Source: a bacterium (lineage in GTDB: Bacteria; RBG-13-61-14; DATKZS01). From it: 64,000 nt of DNA. Position 1 is the stretch's first letter. The number at the start of each line of letters is the position of its first letter. The stretch lies in assembly GCA_963674965.2 (NCBI GenBank), contig CAXXFL010000001.1, positions 64,001 through 128,000 of the forward strand. The letters are read 5' to 3'. Position numbers and translations under genes: made by a program. Below the pieces are notes generated by a model, which worked only from the letters and a program-made list of their open reading frames with translations, searched no databases and was not told the origin of the DNA. Shown one piece after another: positions 22,650-33,247 of the stretch.

Positions 22650-23039
22650 TTACCGGTCGGGTCCTCTTTTTCGTCCCATTCGTCTTCCCCCGCCCCCTCG
22701 GTTTTTCCTGCCGGGGCAAAGGAACCTGTCCGAGGTCAAAGTGCCTCGAACGTATTCGTCCAGGGCCTTTTTATAAGGCCCGATCACTCCCCATATTACA
22801 TTGACGCCGTTTATTTCCAGTTCCCGCTGGAACCTCTCGTGGATTCCCCCGCAGATGAGAGTTTTGGCCCCTTGAGACATGACGAACCCGCAAAGCGATC
22901 GCGGATGCATGCCGGCGAGGGATAGGACCCTCTCGCTCACGACCCCGCCCTGGTCCACCTCGGCCACGAGCAAGGAAGGGCTCATTCCGAACCTGGGAGA
23001 AACCTCGTCATTAAACGTCGCTATGGCAATTGTACTCAT
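22650..23039 (-). CDS. NifB/NifX-family protein
   Basis: IAIA....VSPRF...LICGGI. Confidence 0.8.
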   Translation of the reverse strand: MSTIAIATFNDEVSPRFGMSPSLLVAEVDQGGVVSERVLSLAGMHPRSLCGFVMSQGAKTLICGGIHERFQRELEINGVNVIWGVIGPYKKALDEYVRGTLTSDRFLCPGRKNRGGGGRRMGRKRGPDR

Positions 23040-23053
23040 TTGCCTTTAAGTTA

Positions 23054-23070
23054 AGCATTTGGCGTGCCAA
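23054..23070 (-). promoter_or_regulatory. Sigma54 (-24/-12) promoter
   Basis: Minus strand TTGGCACGCCAAATGCT (GG-N10-GC) just upstream of the 23039 start, with an AT-rich upstream region. Confidence 0.7.
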
Positions 23071-23744
23071 AAGTGATAAAATCTTATTTATTGCTATTAA
23101 TCCAATAGTTAATCGCTTTTGTACTTTTTTTAACCCACGCGATTTATTGTATGTCGAAACAAGATGTTTTATAAAAGCAACAACTATATGATTCATTTGT
23201 AATACATCTGCTCCTCGGCCGAAAGGAAAAAGAAATCCCGGGGACCAGGTCGGGCCTTAAAAAAGAGGGCATTTCCCGCGCCTGACCGAATGCTCATCTT
23301 TGTCTCCAGGGATAACGACCCCTTTAAGTAGTAATTCTTTTCCCCTTAATCCCGTCACCAGTATCTTATGCTTATCGTTGTCCCTGGTAATTACTATTCA
23401 TACATCATGCCAATTGTCTAAGTACCTGATATTTTGTCATTCACTAACACCATGGGCCATGTCTTGGAACGAGGAATTCCGATTTTTGCGTGTGTTGCGG
23501 TTTCCAAAGGTGGTGAGAAAAATGGATAGGGGAAAGTTTGCCTGTACCGCGCCTTCCCGAGTTTATCCCCGGCAGGCGGAAATGATTGAAAAAGTTAGCA
23601 TTATATTCTGTCTTAATCCGTGGAATCAGGAGAGGGACGTATAAAGGATTGAAAATTGCGAACGAAGGGTTTGGACCTCAAAGTTCCGATTCTTTCTTCT
23701 TAACCTTGCGGCCGGAGGGTTTATATTTGGCTTTATCTATCTTA

Positions 23745-25119
23745 TGAGCCTCTTGCAAAAGTCTCAGTGATGATGATTTTTCCAAAAAATAAGCCGACTC
23801 TTCGTGGTAAAATATTTGGTGCAAGCCAAAATATCGACCACGGGAGCGGCTTAATGAATAAGATATCACAAGTATGGGGCCACATTCAATCCTCTTTGTT
23901 TCCTTTTCTCGAGGAAGAGCTCGACCCTCTGACCGAGAAGCAAAAAAAGCTCGTGGCGATCCTCGAGATGATCCGCATCGAGGACTTCCTGCCCCCTCGC
24001 TGGTGGCATCGGGGCCGACCGTCCAAGGACCGCGTCGCCTTGGCGAAGGCCTTCGTGGCCAAGACGGTTTACAACTGCTCGGCCACCCGCGAGTTGATGG
24101 ACCTTCTCGCGTCGACGCCGAACCTCCGCCGCCTTTGCGGCTTCGAGAGCGTACGCGCCATCCCGAGCGAGGCGACCTTCTCCCGCGCCTTCGCCGAGTT
24201 CGCCGACAACTCGCTCGCGGCCCGCGCCCACGAGGCCTTGATACGAACGTATCATGGCGAACGTTTGGTCGGCCACATCAGCCGCGACGCCACCGACATC
24301 GAGGCCCGCGAGAAGCCCGCTCGCAAAGCCAAGAAGCGGCCCCAGCCGAATCGCAAGCGCGGCCGGCCCCGGAAGGGCGAGGAGCGGCCGGCGCCCGAGC
24401 CGACCCGGCTGGAGCGGCAGGAGTCGATGGACCTCGGCGAGATGCTGGCCGATTTGCCCGCGGCTTGCGACTGGGGCGCGAAACAAAAAAACGGTAGAGT
24501 ATTTCATTGGAAGGGCTACAAGCTGCACGTGGACTGGGCCGACGGCGAGGTCCCGGTGAGCGCGGTTTTAACTTCCGCTTCCGTTCACGACAGCCAGGTC
24601 GCGATCCCGCTGGCCGAGATCAGCGCCGAACGGGTGACGAGTTTGTACGACCTGATGGACTCGGCCTACGACGCCGGCCTGATCAAGGCGCACTCGAAAT
24701 CGCTGGGCCACGTCCCGATCGTGGACCCCAACCCTCGCGGCGGCCGGAAGATCGAGATGGCCCCGGCGGACAAGCGCCGTTACGACGAGCGTTCGACGGC
24801 GGAGCGCGGTTTCTCGATGTTGAAGGAGAGCTTCGGCGGAAGGAATGTCCGTGTTCGCGGGCACGGCAAAGTCGAGGCCCACCTTATGTTCGGGCTTTTG
24901 GCTTTGGCGGCGGAGCGATTATTGAATTTTCTGATGTAAATGTGGGAGAAAAACCGGTGAATTTGGAGAATTGACGGACGAGCGCGCCCGAATTTTGGGT
25001 CCGCTTCGAGGAACGCGGAAAAATTTGGTCGATAACATGCAATCTCGATGAAAACCGTCATGGAGATTCAAGGCGAGGTCCCCGACATGGCGGTCCGAAA
25101 GGTTTTTGCAAGAGGCTCA
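23745..25119 (+). mobile_element. Insertion sequence (IS5/IS1182-like DDE element)
   Basis: Perfect 16-bp inverted repeats TGAGCCTCTTGCAAAA (23745-23760) and TTTTGCAAGAGGCTCA (25104-25119) flank a transposase. Confidence 0.88.
23854..24939 (+). CDS. DDE transposase
   Basis: PSEATFSRAF, SRDATDIEARE, WKGYKLH, SASVHDSQ, MDSAYD, Y..R...ER. Confidence 0.9.
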   Translation: MNKISQVWGHIQSSLFPFLEEELDPLTEKQKKLVAILEMIRIEDFLPPRWWHRGRPSKDRVALAKAFVAKTVYNCSATRELMDLLASTPNLRRLCGFESVRAIPSEATFSRAFAEFADNSLAARAHEALIRTYHGERLVGHISRDATDIEAREKPARKAKKRPQPNRKRGRPRKGEERPAPEPTRLERQESMDLGEMLADLPAACDWGAKQKNGRVFHWKGYKLHVDWADGEVPVSAVLTSASVHDSQVAIPLAEISAERVTSLYDLMDSAYDAGLIKAHSKSLGHVPIVDPNPRGGRKIEMAPADKRRYDERSTAERGFSMLKESFGGRNVRVRGHGKVEAHLMFGLLALAAERLLNFLM

Positions 25120-25131
25120 AAACTTAAATTT

Positions 25132-25318
25132 TGAGCCTCTTGCAAAATTCCCGCTTTGGAGTGCGGCGGCTCGACGCCGCTTTTCTTCCGAGCGGCTTGA
25201 CGCGAGGCAAGCAGGTGTATTAATAGGCCTTGTCAAGCCAAGGCCATCGAGAGCGGTCTCAAGCGACCGCACTCCAAAGCGGCTATGCCGCAAAGAAAAG
25301 TATTTTTGCAAGAAGCTC
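25132..25318. mobile_element. MITE-like non-autonomous element sharing the IS terminal repeats
   Basis: TGAGCCTCTTGCAAAA at 25132 and TTTTGCAAGAAGCTC at 25304-25318; internal inverted repeat CCGCTTTGGAGTGCGG (25151-25166) / CCGCACTCCAAAGCGG (25267-25282). Confidence 0.75.
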
Positions 25319-25419
25319 TTTTTAAACATTAAAAATTTTAATCTCGGAATATGATGCTACCCTCAATAAGAGTAATATCCGATGCGTCTAAGTAATACTA
25401 ACCGGAAAGGAGTAATAAA

Positions 25420-27408
25420 ATGACCGACGAGAAGCAGTCCATATTAGCCGCCGCCGTCGAGGAAAGAGTTTTCGAGGTACCGCCCGAATTAAAAGAAACC
25501 GCCCATATCAACTCCATGGAAATGTATGAAAAGATGTACAACCGATCGATCGATGACCCGGACTCCTTTTGGGGTCCCATGGCGGAGGAGTTCCTCGTCT
25601 GGGACCGAAAATGGGACTCCGTTTTCGAGTGGCCCGACCCTGAGAACGCCCGTTTCACCTGGTTCAAGGGGGGCAAGCTCAACGTCTCGGTCAATTGCCT
25701 TGACCGCCACGTCAAGACCTGGCGCCGGAACAAGGCGGCCCTGATATGGGAGCGCGACGAGCCGGGCGCCTCCCTGGTCTACACCTATCTCGACCTATAT
25801 CGCGAGGTGAACCGTTTAGCCAACGTATTGAAAAAGCGAGGGATTAAGAAGGGAGACCGGGTGGCCATCTACCTTCCCATGGTCCCCGAGCTTCCCATCT
25901 CCATGCTCGCCTGCGCCCGGATAGGCGCGATCCACGGGGTGGTCTTCGGCGGATTCAGCTCCGAGGCCCTGCGCGAGATCATGACAAGCTCGGGAAGCAA
26001 GCTCCTTATTACGGCCGACGCGGGCGCTCGGGGCTCGAAGATAGTGCCCCTCAAGGAGAACGCCGACGAGGCGCTCAAAAAGACGCCTCACGTCGAGAGC
26101 GTCATCGTGGTCAACCGCTGCAACCAGGAGGTCTGCATGGAGGAGGGCCGCGACTTCTGGTGGCGCGACCAGATTCGGGCCCACGACGTGGCCAACCACT
26201 GCGAGCCCGAGTCCATGGACGCGGAGGACCCTCTTTTCATGCTTTTCACCTCTGGTTCCACGGGCAAGCCCAAAGGGGTGCTGCACACCACCGCGGGCTA
26301 CCTGCTTTACGCCTCGGTGACCCACAAGTACGTGTTCGACTACAAGGAGGAGGACACCTTCTGGTGCACGGCCGATATCGGCTGGGTCACGGGCCACAGC
26401 TACATCGTTTACGGCCCCCTTTCCAACGGGGCCACGTCGGTCATGTTCGAGGGCGTTCCCAGCTATCCCGACCCGGGTCGCTTCTGGTCCGTGGTCGAGA
26501 AGCATAAGGTCAGCCAGCTTTACACGGCGCCCACGGCCATCCGGGCCCTGATGAGGGAGGGCGACGAGTGGCCCGCCAAATACGACCTTTCCTCGCTCAG
26601 GATTCTGGGCTCGGTGGGCGAGCCGATCAACCCCGAGGCCTGGATGTGGTATTACGAGAAGATCGGGGGAGGCCGATGTCCCATCGTGGACACCTACTGG
26701 CAGACGGAGACGGGGGGCCACATCATCACGCCCCTGCCGGGGGCCATGAAGATCAAGCCGGGCAGCGCCACGCTTCCGTTTTTCGGGGTGAGGCCCGAGG
26801 TCCTCCATTTCGACGGTACCCCCTGCGCGGTCAACGAGGGTGGTTTCCTGGTGATGGACCGCCCCTGGCCGGGTCTGATGAGGACGGTTTTCGGTGACCA
26901 CCAGCGCTACGTGGACACTTACTGGCGCCTTTTCAAGGGCAAGTACATGACGGGGGACGGGGCGCGGATCGACGAGGACGGCTACGTCTGGCTGATGGGC
27001 CGGCTGGACGACGTGATCAACGTGAGCGGCCACCGTCTGGGCACGGCCGAGATCGAGTCGGCCCTGGTGTCTCATCCCCTGGTCAGCGAGGCGGCGGTGG
27101 TGGGCATGCCCCACCCGGTCAAGGGCCAGGGCATTTACGCCTTCGTCACCCTTATCGCGGGGGCCGAGCTTTCCGAGGACCTGCGCGCCGCCCTCGTCAA
27201 GCACGTGAGAAAGGAGATCGGCCCCATCGCGGCCCCCGACCGTGTCCAGTTCGCCCCGGACCTGCCCAAAACCAGGTCGGGCAAGATCATGCGCCGGATA
27301 CTCAAGAAGATCGCCGCGGGCGAGACGGACGACCTGGGCGACACGACCAGCCTGTCCGATCCCGGCGTGGTGGACGCGCTGGTAAGGGACTCGGGAAAAA
27401 GAGACTGA
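25420..27408 (+). CDS. acs: Acetyl-CoA synthetase
   Basis: [58 protein letters not shown]. Confidence 0.96.
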   Translation: MTDEKQSILAAAVEERVFEVPPELKETAHINSMEMYEKMYNRSIDDPDSFWGPMAEEFLVWDRKWDSVFEWPDPENARFTWFKGGKLNVSVNCLDRHVKTWRRNKAALIWERDEPGASLVYTYLDLYREVNRLANVLKKRGIKKGDRVAIYLPMVPELPISMLACARIGAIHGVVFGGFSSEALREIMTSSGSKLLITADAGARGSKIVPLKENADEALKKTPHVESVIVVNRCNQEVCMEEGRDFWWRDQIRAHDVANHCEPESMDAEDPLFMLFTSGSTGKPKGVLHTTAGYLLYASVTHKYVFDYKEEDTFWCTADIGWVTGHSYIVYGPLSNGATSVMFEGVPSYPDPGRFWSVVEKHKVSQLYTAPTAIRALMREGDEWPAKYDLSSLRILGSVGEPINPEAWMWYYEKIGGGRCPIVDTYWQTETGGHIITPLPGAMKIKPGSATLPFFGVRPEVLHFDGTPCAVNEGGFLVMDRPWPGLMRTVFGDHQRYVDTYWRLFKGKYMTGDGARIDEDGYVWLMGRLDDVINVSGHRLGTAEIESALVSHPLVSEAAVVGMPHPVKGQGIYAFVTLIAGAELSEDLRAALVKHVRKEIGPIAAPDRVQFAPDLPKTRSGKIMRRILKKIAAGETDDLGDTTSLSDPGVVDALVRDSGKRD

Positions 27409-27444
27409 TTCGGGGCCGTACGCTCGAGGGTCGCGGAGCCGGTC

Positions 27445-28041
27445 CTAGGCGGGTCTCCACTTGCCCTTGAACTCGTGGTAGGAGTCGCCCTTGTTCATGC
27501 AGGCCGACTCTCGAATGTCCTCGATCCAACGGACGCCGGCGGCCACGCAGGCCTGGGAAATCCAGCCCTCCATGAGCGCGCAATGGGCGGGGTCCATCTG
27601 GGGGAAATCGAGAATCCTTATCACCGTGTTCTCCCGGGCTTTATCCACCACCTTGAGCTCGCCCGAGTTGAGATGGTAGCTCCGCCACATAAGCTCGCCC
27701 GAGGCCTGGACGTCGTCCACGCTCGCGTCGCGGTTGAAAAGGCTCCTGAAAAGTTTGACGTCGCTATCGCCCGCGAACCTTCCCAGTTCCTTGCAGACCT
27801 TGAAGTCTCCCCTTCCCATGACCTTGTCGATGGCCCGGATCAGGTCCACGAACACGGCGTAAGGATAATCGGCCACGGAGATGACGCGGCGAGCAAAGAC
27901 AAGACTGGCCTCGTTGCCGAGGGCGGCCTTGACGGACTCGAGGTTTTGGGGGCCATAGGGCTTGTGCCTTATGAACTCGAGGAAGCCGACAAGGGAAGCG
28001 CCTTTTACGGCCGGGCCGTCGATGGGTTGTCTTGGACTCAT
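27445..28041 (-). CDS. DUF2378/TIGR02265-like protein with V4R-like C-terminus
   Basis: VKGA...YPY..F...LGRF...W..YH..G...C..MEGW...C...GD...EF...W pattern. Confidence 0.55.
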   Translation of the reverse strand: MSPRQPIDGPAVKGASLVGFLEFIRHKPYGPQNLESVKAALGNEASLVFARRVISVADYPYAVFVDLIRAIDKVMGRGDFKVCKELGRFAGDSDVKLFRSLFNRDASVDDVQASGELMWRSYHLNSGELKVVDKARENTVIRILDFPQMDPAHCALMEGWISQACVAAGVRWIEDIRESACMNKGDSYHEFKGKWRPA

Positions 28042-28206
28042 GAAGTAACGCCCTCCTCGAGGCTATTATAAATTATCCTTTGCCGCCTGGCCATGCCCGA
28101 GCGGTATAAAATATCAAAATAGTGAAATTGCCGTCCCCGCGGAAACGCTCGGGGGCCCAAAAGGCGATTCGCCTCGGGGCCCGGTTTCCCTTAAGGCCGG
28201 CGCTCC

Positions 28207-29403
28207 CTAGAACTCGGCGTCGATCTTTTTCATGGCTTGCTCGAAGATGTTGGTCACCTTCTCGAGGGTCTCGACCTCGACGTTCTCCGGCAGGTCCCCG
28301 TGCCAGTGGTAGTTGGGCACGTAGTCGTTCTCGTTCATGGCGATGATGCCGCTGGCCTTGAATCCCCTGACCGTGGGGGGGGACATGTCGGTGCCGCCCG
28401 TGCGCAGTATGACCGACTCGACGTCGTCGTAGCCCAGTTCCCTGGCCGAGTCGAGGAGGGCGTTGCAAAGCTGGGGCGAGTGCTTCTCGATCCAGGACAC
28501 TCCCTCCCCGATCACCACCCTGGGCCTGCCCACCCCGCAGGACTCGGGCACCAGGAAGTAGGTGTTTTCCTTGTCCAACTCATGTTGATGGGCGATCATG
28601 AAGCAGGCCATGCCGTGCATGTAGGTCTCCTCGCTCCCGTCGCCCAGGAACCTTATCTCGGAGTTCTCGAGCGGGTTGTCCTTGAAGCGCCTGGCCAGCT
28701 CGAGGGCCACGGCCACGCCGGCGGCGTTGTCGTTGGCGCCGGGGGATATCTTGGCGAACTCGTGAGGAGTGAAGATGACGATGGGGATTATGTGTATGGC
28801 GGCCGTGGCCAGGATGAAGACGGTGGTGAACGTGGTCACTCCCATTATGCCTATCATAATCGCGCCGGCCGCGTTCAGGATCATGACGTAAAATATGAGC
28901 GCCAAGAGGGGCGGCTGCATGCCCAGCTTCTCCTTGAACATCTTGGCCGTGGGCTCGGCCTTTTCCGGGTTGAGGGAAAAGCCCATCTGCCCCGCGTCCA
29001 TGTGTCCGGCCACGTATATCACCTTTTTGGCCTCGCCCCTGGCCTTGAGAGTCCCCACCACGTGGCGGCTTTCCCGGGAGGGCAGAAGTCGGCGCAGAAG
29101 GTAAAAGCGGGTCGAGGAGTCGCCCACGAAGGAAACCGTGACGAAGGCCAGCCCGGCGGCGGCGATGAAAGGATACCGGAAAGCCAGGAGGCAAAAGAGG
29201 ATGCAAAGGACGCTGTGCATGACCCAGCAGATGGGAAAATGGGGAATGACCCTGAAGGGCTCGACCACCGTTTCGAGACCCAGCTGCTTCATGCGCTCGG
29301 CCACGTACTCCGCGGCCTTCTTCTCTCCCTCCGTGGCCGGGCCCCGGTTGGGTATCCTCGAGATTTGAGTTATGTCTTCCAAGAACCTCGCCTGATCGTT
29401 CAT
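28207..29403 (-). CDS. Membrane-embedded M28-family metallopeptidase/amidohydrolase
   Basis: R.PATEGE..AA, AGHMD, PGANDNAAG, GSEE, TD, YHW..D; internal TM pairs. Confidence 0.85.
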   Translation of the reverse strand: MNDQARFLEDITQISRIPNRGPATEGEKKAAEYVAERMKQLGLETVVEPFRVIPHFPICWVMHSVLCILFCLLAFRYPFIAAAGLAFVTVSFVGDSSTRFYLLRRLLPSRESRHVVGTLKARGEAKKVIYVAGHMDAGQMGFSLNPEKAEPTAKMFKEKLGMQPPLLALIFYVMILNAAGAIMIGIMGVTTFTTVFILATAAIHIIPIVIFTPHEFAKISPGANDNAAGVAVALELARRFKDNPLENSEIRFLGDGSEETYMHGMACFMIAHQHELDKENTYFLVPESCGVGRPRVVIGEGVSWIEKHSPQLCNALLDSARELGYDDVESVILRTGGTDMSPPTVRGFKASGIIAMNENDYVPNYHWHGDLPENVEVETLEKVTNIFEQAMKKIDAEF

Positions 29404-29416
29404 CTACTTCCTCCAA

Positions 29417-30091
29417 TCATTTTTCTGTTTCCGGTCCGTCGCCGTCTGGCCGACCGCCCGCTTCCGGGCCGCCTTCATCCGGTGGGCGGCGTCTTTCCTC
29501 GATCAGGCCCGCCGACAAAAGCGTGTATACCGTGTTAAATATCTGTTCCTCGTCCACCTCGTCCTTGTTGCGAAGCTGGTGGTTGCACATGCTGTCCAGA
29601 AGGCCCACCAGGCCCACTGCCGCGAGCCGGAAATCGACCTCCCGGATGTAGCCCCGCCGGTGGCCGTCCTCCAAGACGTCCGCGAAGAAGGCCAGGTAGT
29701 CGCGGCGCACTTGCTCGATCTGGCGCAGGGTCTTGCGGTCGATCCCGTTGGACAGCTCGTTGTTGAATATCTTGGTGAGGTCCCCGTACTTGAGGTAGGA
29801 GGAAACGTTGACCCGGACCAGTTGCTTGAAGTGCTGGGGAAAGGGAAGGTCGGAAACCAACTCCTCGCTGAGCTTGGCCTTGAAGGTCTCCATGCCCTCG
29901 GTCACCGCCGCGGCGAAGAGGTCGGACTTGTTCTTGAAGTAAGTGTAGATGGTCCCCTTGCCCACCTGGGCCCGGCGGGCTATCTCCTCGATGTTGGACT
30001 TGTGGAAACCCTTGCGAGAGAACACGGCCACGGCGGCGCGTAAAATGGCCTCACGCTGCCGCCTGGAATTTTCCCGCCTGCTCTCGCTCAC
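29417..30091 (-). CDS. TetR/AcrR-family transcriptional regulator
   Basis: ILRAAVAVFSRKGFH...IEEIARRAQVGKGTIYTYFKNK. Confidence 0.93.
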   Translation of the reverse strand: MSESRRENSRRQREAILRAAVAVFSRKGFHKSNIEEIARRAQVGKGTIYTYFKNKSDLFAAAVTEGMETFKAKLSEELVSDLPFPQHFKQLVRVNVSSYLKYGDLTKIFNNELSNGIDRKTLRQIEQVRRDYLAFFADVLEDGHRRGYIREVDFRLAAVGLVGLLDSMCNHQLRNKDEVDEEQIFNTVYTLLSAGLIEERRRPPDEGGPEAGGRPDGDGPETEK

Positions 30092-31698
30092 GCGTCCTCC
30101 ACCCGGTTCAGCCTGGCGAACAGGGACTTGTTGCGCTCGTATAGCTCCTTGAAGACCTCGAACCCCTCGTCGTAAACGCGGCGGTACTCGGGCCTGGGCT
30201 CGTGGGTCTTGCCGATGGGGATGAAGTCGCGGGCCTTCTCGAAGGAGGGGATGACCCCGAGCCCCACCCCGCAGATGACGGCGGCCCCCATGGTCCCCGC
30301 GTCCTGAGGCGTGTCGATGGCGTCGATGGACCGGCCCGTGACGTCGGCCATGATCTGGCTCCAGGTCTCGGACTTGGCCCCCCCACCGGCGAAGCGTATC
30401 TTGTCCCGGCGGGGCACTTTTTTCTCCATGGCCTCCAGCATCCAGCGCTTGTGATAGGCCACGCCCTCGAGCACCGCCCGCACCATCATGCGCTTGCCCG
30501 TTTTCAGGCCCAGGTTGAAGAACATCGAGCGGGCGAAGGGGTCCTCCCGAGGCGACCGGTTACCGTGCAGCCAGGGCGTGAAGATAACCCCTCCCGACCC
30601 GGGCGGCGTTTGCTCGACCGTCTCGTTCAGAAGGTCGTAAACCTCGTTGGGCAGCCAGGACTTCTCGGCCCCCCTTTGCTCGAGGTATAAGCCGATCTCG
30701 TCCATGGCCAGGTGGTCCCTTACCCACTGCAGGCAAAGGCCCGAGGTTTCCTGCTCCGCGATGTAGTTGTAGCGGCCCGGGATGGCCCCCAGTATGGAGG
30801 CCATGAAGTTGCCTATGTCCACCATCCTCTTGGCCACGTTGGCCACCACCCAGCCCGAGGTCCCCACGTAGATATGCGCGTCGTTGTCCCGGGTGCAGCC
30901 GGCCCCGATGGCCACGCAGGTCACGTCTCCTCCGCCCCCGAACACGGGGGTGTCGGGAACCAGGCCAAGCTCCTGGGCCGCCTTGGCGGTCAGCCCGCCC
31001 ACCTTGTCGGTGGAGGCGATCACCTCGGGAAGATGCCTCGGCTCGATCTTGAACATCTTGCAAAGAGGAGCGCTCCAGCCCAGCCTGCCCGGGCGGGTGT
31101 CGTAAACAAAGGTCACGTTGGCCGAGTCGTAGGTCTGGGCCGCGGCGCCCGTGCAGCGCAGGGTCAGGTAGTCCTTGACGTCCAGCCACTTGTCGGCCCG
31201 CTTGAAAACGTCCGGCTCGTTTTCCCTTACCCAGTGGTATTTCCAAAGGGGGTCCTTGGCCGTGGCGGCCATGCCCCCCGTGATCCAGAGCGAGCGAAGA
31301 CCCATGTAGGCGTTGAACTTCTGAATCTTGATCAGGCCATGGTACAGCCCTTTCTCGATCTGCCTGGTGGCCCGGGCGTCCATGTAGATCATGGGATTGC
31401 GAAGGGCCTCCCCCTCCCGGTCAACGAAGATCGAGCCCTGCATCTGGCAGCAAAAGCCCATGCCCTTGATCTTTTCCGGAGACACGCCGGAGCCCTCGAG
31501 GGTGCGCCTGGTGGCCCGGCAAACGGCCCCCCACCAGTCGTCCACCCGCTGCTCGGCGCCGCCGTCGTCGGTCATGAACAGCGGGTATTCCTCCAGGCAG
31601 GAGAAAACCTTCTCCAGGCTCTCGCCCACCCGGTAAAGGCAGGTCTTGTTGCCCGTGGTGCCTATGTCGTGCGTCAGAATATAAGTCGAGTCGTCCAT
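30088..31698 (-). CDS. FGGY-family (xylulokinase-like) kinase
   Basis: Start MDDSTY; HDIGTTGNK, YMDAR, GGGD, YVGTSGW, PWLHGNRSP, GGGAKSETW.QI.AD. Confidence 0.9.
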   Translation of the reverse strand: MDDSTYILTHDIGTTGNKTCLYRVGESLEKVFSCLEEYPLFMTDDGGAEQRVDDWWGAVCRATRRTLEGSGVSPEKIKGMGFCCQMQGSIFVDREGEALRNPMIYMDARATRQIEKGLYHGLIKIQKFNAYMGLRSLWITGGMAATAKDPLWKYHWVRENEPDVFKRADKWLDVKDYLTLRCTGAAAQTYDSANVTFVYDTRPGRLGWSAPLCKMFKIEPRHLPEVIASTDKVGGLTAKAAQELGLVPDTPVFGGGGDVTCVAIGAGCTRDNDAHIYVGTSGWVVANVAKRMVDIGNFMASILGAIPGRYNYIAEQETSGLCLQWVRDHLAMDEIGLYLEQRGAEKSWLPNEVYDLLNETVEQTPPGSGGVIFTPWLHGNRSPREDPFARSMFFNLGLKTGKRMMVRAVLEGVAYHKRWMLEAMEKKVPRRDKIRFAGGGAKSETWSQIMADVTGRSIDAIDTPQDAGTMGAAVICGVGLGVIPSFEKARDFIPIGKTHEPRPEYRRVYDEGFEVFKELYERNKSLFARLNRVEDA

Positions 31699-31764
31699 GT
31701 CGGCCCCTTTTTCCCCGCGTATAAGCCGCCCGCCAGGGCGCCGGGAAATCATTCCCGACGAAAG

Positions 31765-33228
31765 TTACTCGGCCGGACCCACGTTGGCCAGCAGGCGGTC
31801 GAAAGACTCGAGCGCCTGATCGATCACCTCGTCCGTGTCCGCCATGCTGGTATAGAGCCTGCTTCCGGCCAGGGTGATGACTCCCTCGGCCAGGAACCCC
31901 GCTCCCATTTCCTCCATCATGTGCTTCCTGGGCTTGGCCTCCATGATGGCCTTCTTCGCGTCCTTCCTGATGTCCAGGAGCATGACCGCCGAGGTCTCGA
32001 AATGGCAGATCGAGCCCTGGTTGAAGGCCACGAAGGGAAGGCCGTGCTTCTCGATCAGCTTCTGGAGGCCGGCCGTGAGCTTGTCGCCCGCCTGGCCCGC
32101 CTTGACGTGGGCGCCGGTCTTTTCGATCTCGAGGATCGAGTGATATCCCGCGCAGCAGCTCAAGGGGTTGGCCGAGAGGGTGCCGCCCACGTAGGCCCGG
32201 GTCTTGCCCGCCTCGAGCCCCGCGGCCAGCCTCTCCATCACCTCGCGACGTCCGCCCAGGCCGCCCGCCGCCGGATACCCGCCGGCCACGGCCTTGCCGA
32301 ACACCGTCAGGTCGGGCTTCACCCCGAAGTAACCCTGGGCGCCGCCAAGGCCCACCCTGAAGCCCGTGACGACCTCGTCGAATATTAACAGGGCGCCGAA
32401 CTCGTCGCAAAGCTCCCTCACCTTGGCGTTGTAGTCGAAGGGGATGGGGCGGGTGCCGCTTTCCGGACCCACCGGCTCGAGCAGCACCGCGGCCGTTCCG
32501 CCGTCCTTCTCGTTGGCCTCGAGGATGGACCGGAGGTCGCCAAGGTCGGAGGGAAAGAACTCCCGCGTGTGCGCGTAGCATTCCTGGGGCAGGCCGTGGG
32601 CCTCCATGGGACCGGTGCCGGGCACGTGCAGGCCGAAGACCATCTGGTCGCTCCATCCGTGGTAGGCCCCCCCCGCCTTGATCACCTTGGCCTTGCCCGT
32701 GAAGGTGCGGGCCGCCCGGATGGCGGCCATCACGCTCTCGGTGCCGCTCCCGAGCATGCGGAAATACTCGATGGAGGGCATGTGCCGGTTGATAAGCTCG
32801 GCCAGCTTAAGCTCGTACTCGTGGAAAAGGCCGGTCACCGGGCCGCATTCCTCGATCAGCTCGATCACCTTTTTTCGCACCGGCTCGTAGTTGCTTCCCA
32901 GGATGACGGGGCCGCCGGCCTGGAGGAAGTCCACGTAGCGGTTGTCGTCCGCGTCCCACAAGTAGGCGCCCTGGGCTTTTTTGACGGCGATGGGGAAGGG
33001 ATAGTTGAAGGCCAGGTTGTGCTGGACCCCGCCGGGGATAAGCTTCTTGGCCTGGTCGGTCAGCTTTTTCGAGGCGCCGCACTTGCCCTCGAAGTAGGCC
33101 AGGTACTCCTCCATCTTCTCCCGCTTGATGGGATGCATGGGCTTGTATAAAAGGGCGTCAAGTTTCTTGTGCAGTTCATCGGCGTCGGGCCAGTGGGAAA
33201 TGGCGTATTTATTTTCACTCATGATCAT
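31765..33228 (-). CDS. Class III PLP aminotransferase (HemL-like fold, substrate unknown)
   Basis: IPGGVQH, SGTESVM, YHGWSD, FDEVVTGFR, FGKAVAGG, GGTLSANP. Confidence 0.88.
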   Translation of the reverse strand: MIMSENKYAISHWPDADELHKKLDALLYKPMHPIKREKMEEYLAYFEGKCGASKKLTDQAKKLIPGGVQHNLAFNYPFPIAVKKAQGAYLWDADDNRYVDFLQAGGPVILGSNYEPVRKKVIELIEECGPVTGLFHEYELKLAELINRHMPSIEYFRMLGSGTESVMAAIRAARTFTGKAKVIKAGGAYHGWSDQMVFGLHVPGTGPMEAHGLPQECYAHTREFFPSDLGDLRSILEANEKDGGTAAVLLEPVGPESGTRPIPFDYNAKVRELCDEFGALLIFDEVVTGFRVGLGGAQGYFGVKPDLTVFGKAVAGGYPAAGGLGGRREVMERLAAGLEAGKTRAYVGGTLSANPLSCCAGYHSILEIEKTGAHVKAGQAGDKLTAGLQKLIEKHGLPFVAFNQGSICHFETSAVMLLDIRKDAKKAIMEAKPRKHMMEEMGAGFLAEGVITLAGSRLYTSMADTDEVIDQALESFDRLLANVGPAE

Positions 33229-33247
33229 GTCCTCCTTTTTAAGCGGC

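Noticed and set aside
18250-23039. Nitrogen fixation cluster
   Set aside because: No nifH/D/K/E/N; NifX-like domains and these ATPases are widespread in non-diazotrophs
23396-23413. Second sigma54 promoter (TTGGCATGATGTATGAA, minus strand)
   Set aside because: The -12 element is GA rather than GC, and only a doubtful ~34-codon ORF follows
31765-33228. hemL (tetrapyrrole synthesis)
   Set aside because: HemL-like fold, but with an N-terminal extension and a sugar kinase/aldolase context; symbol withheld
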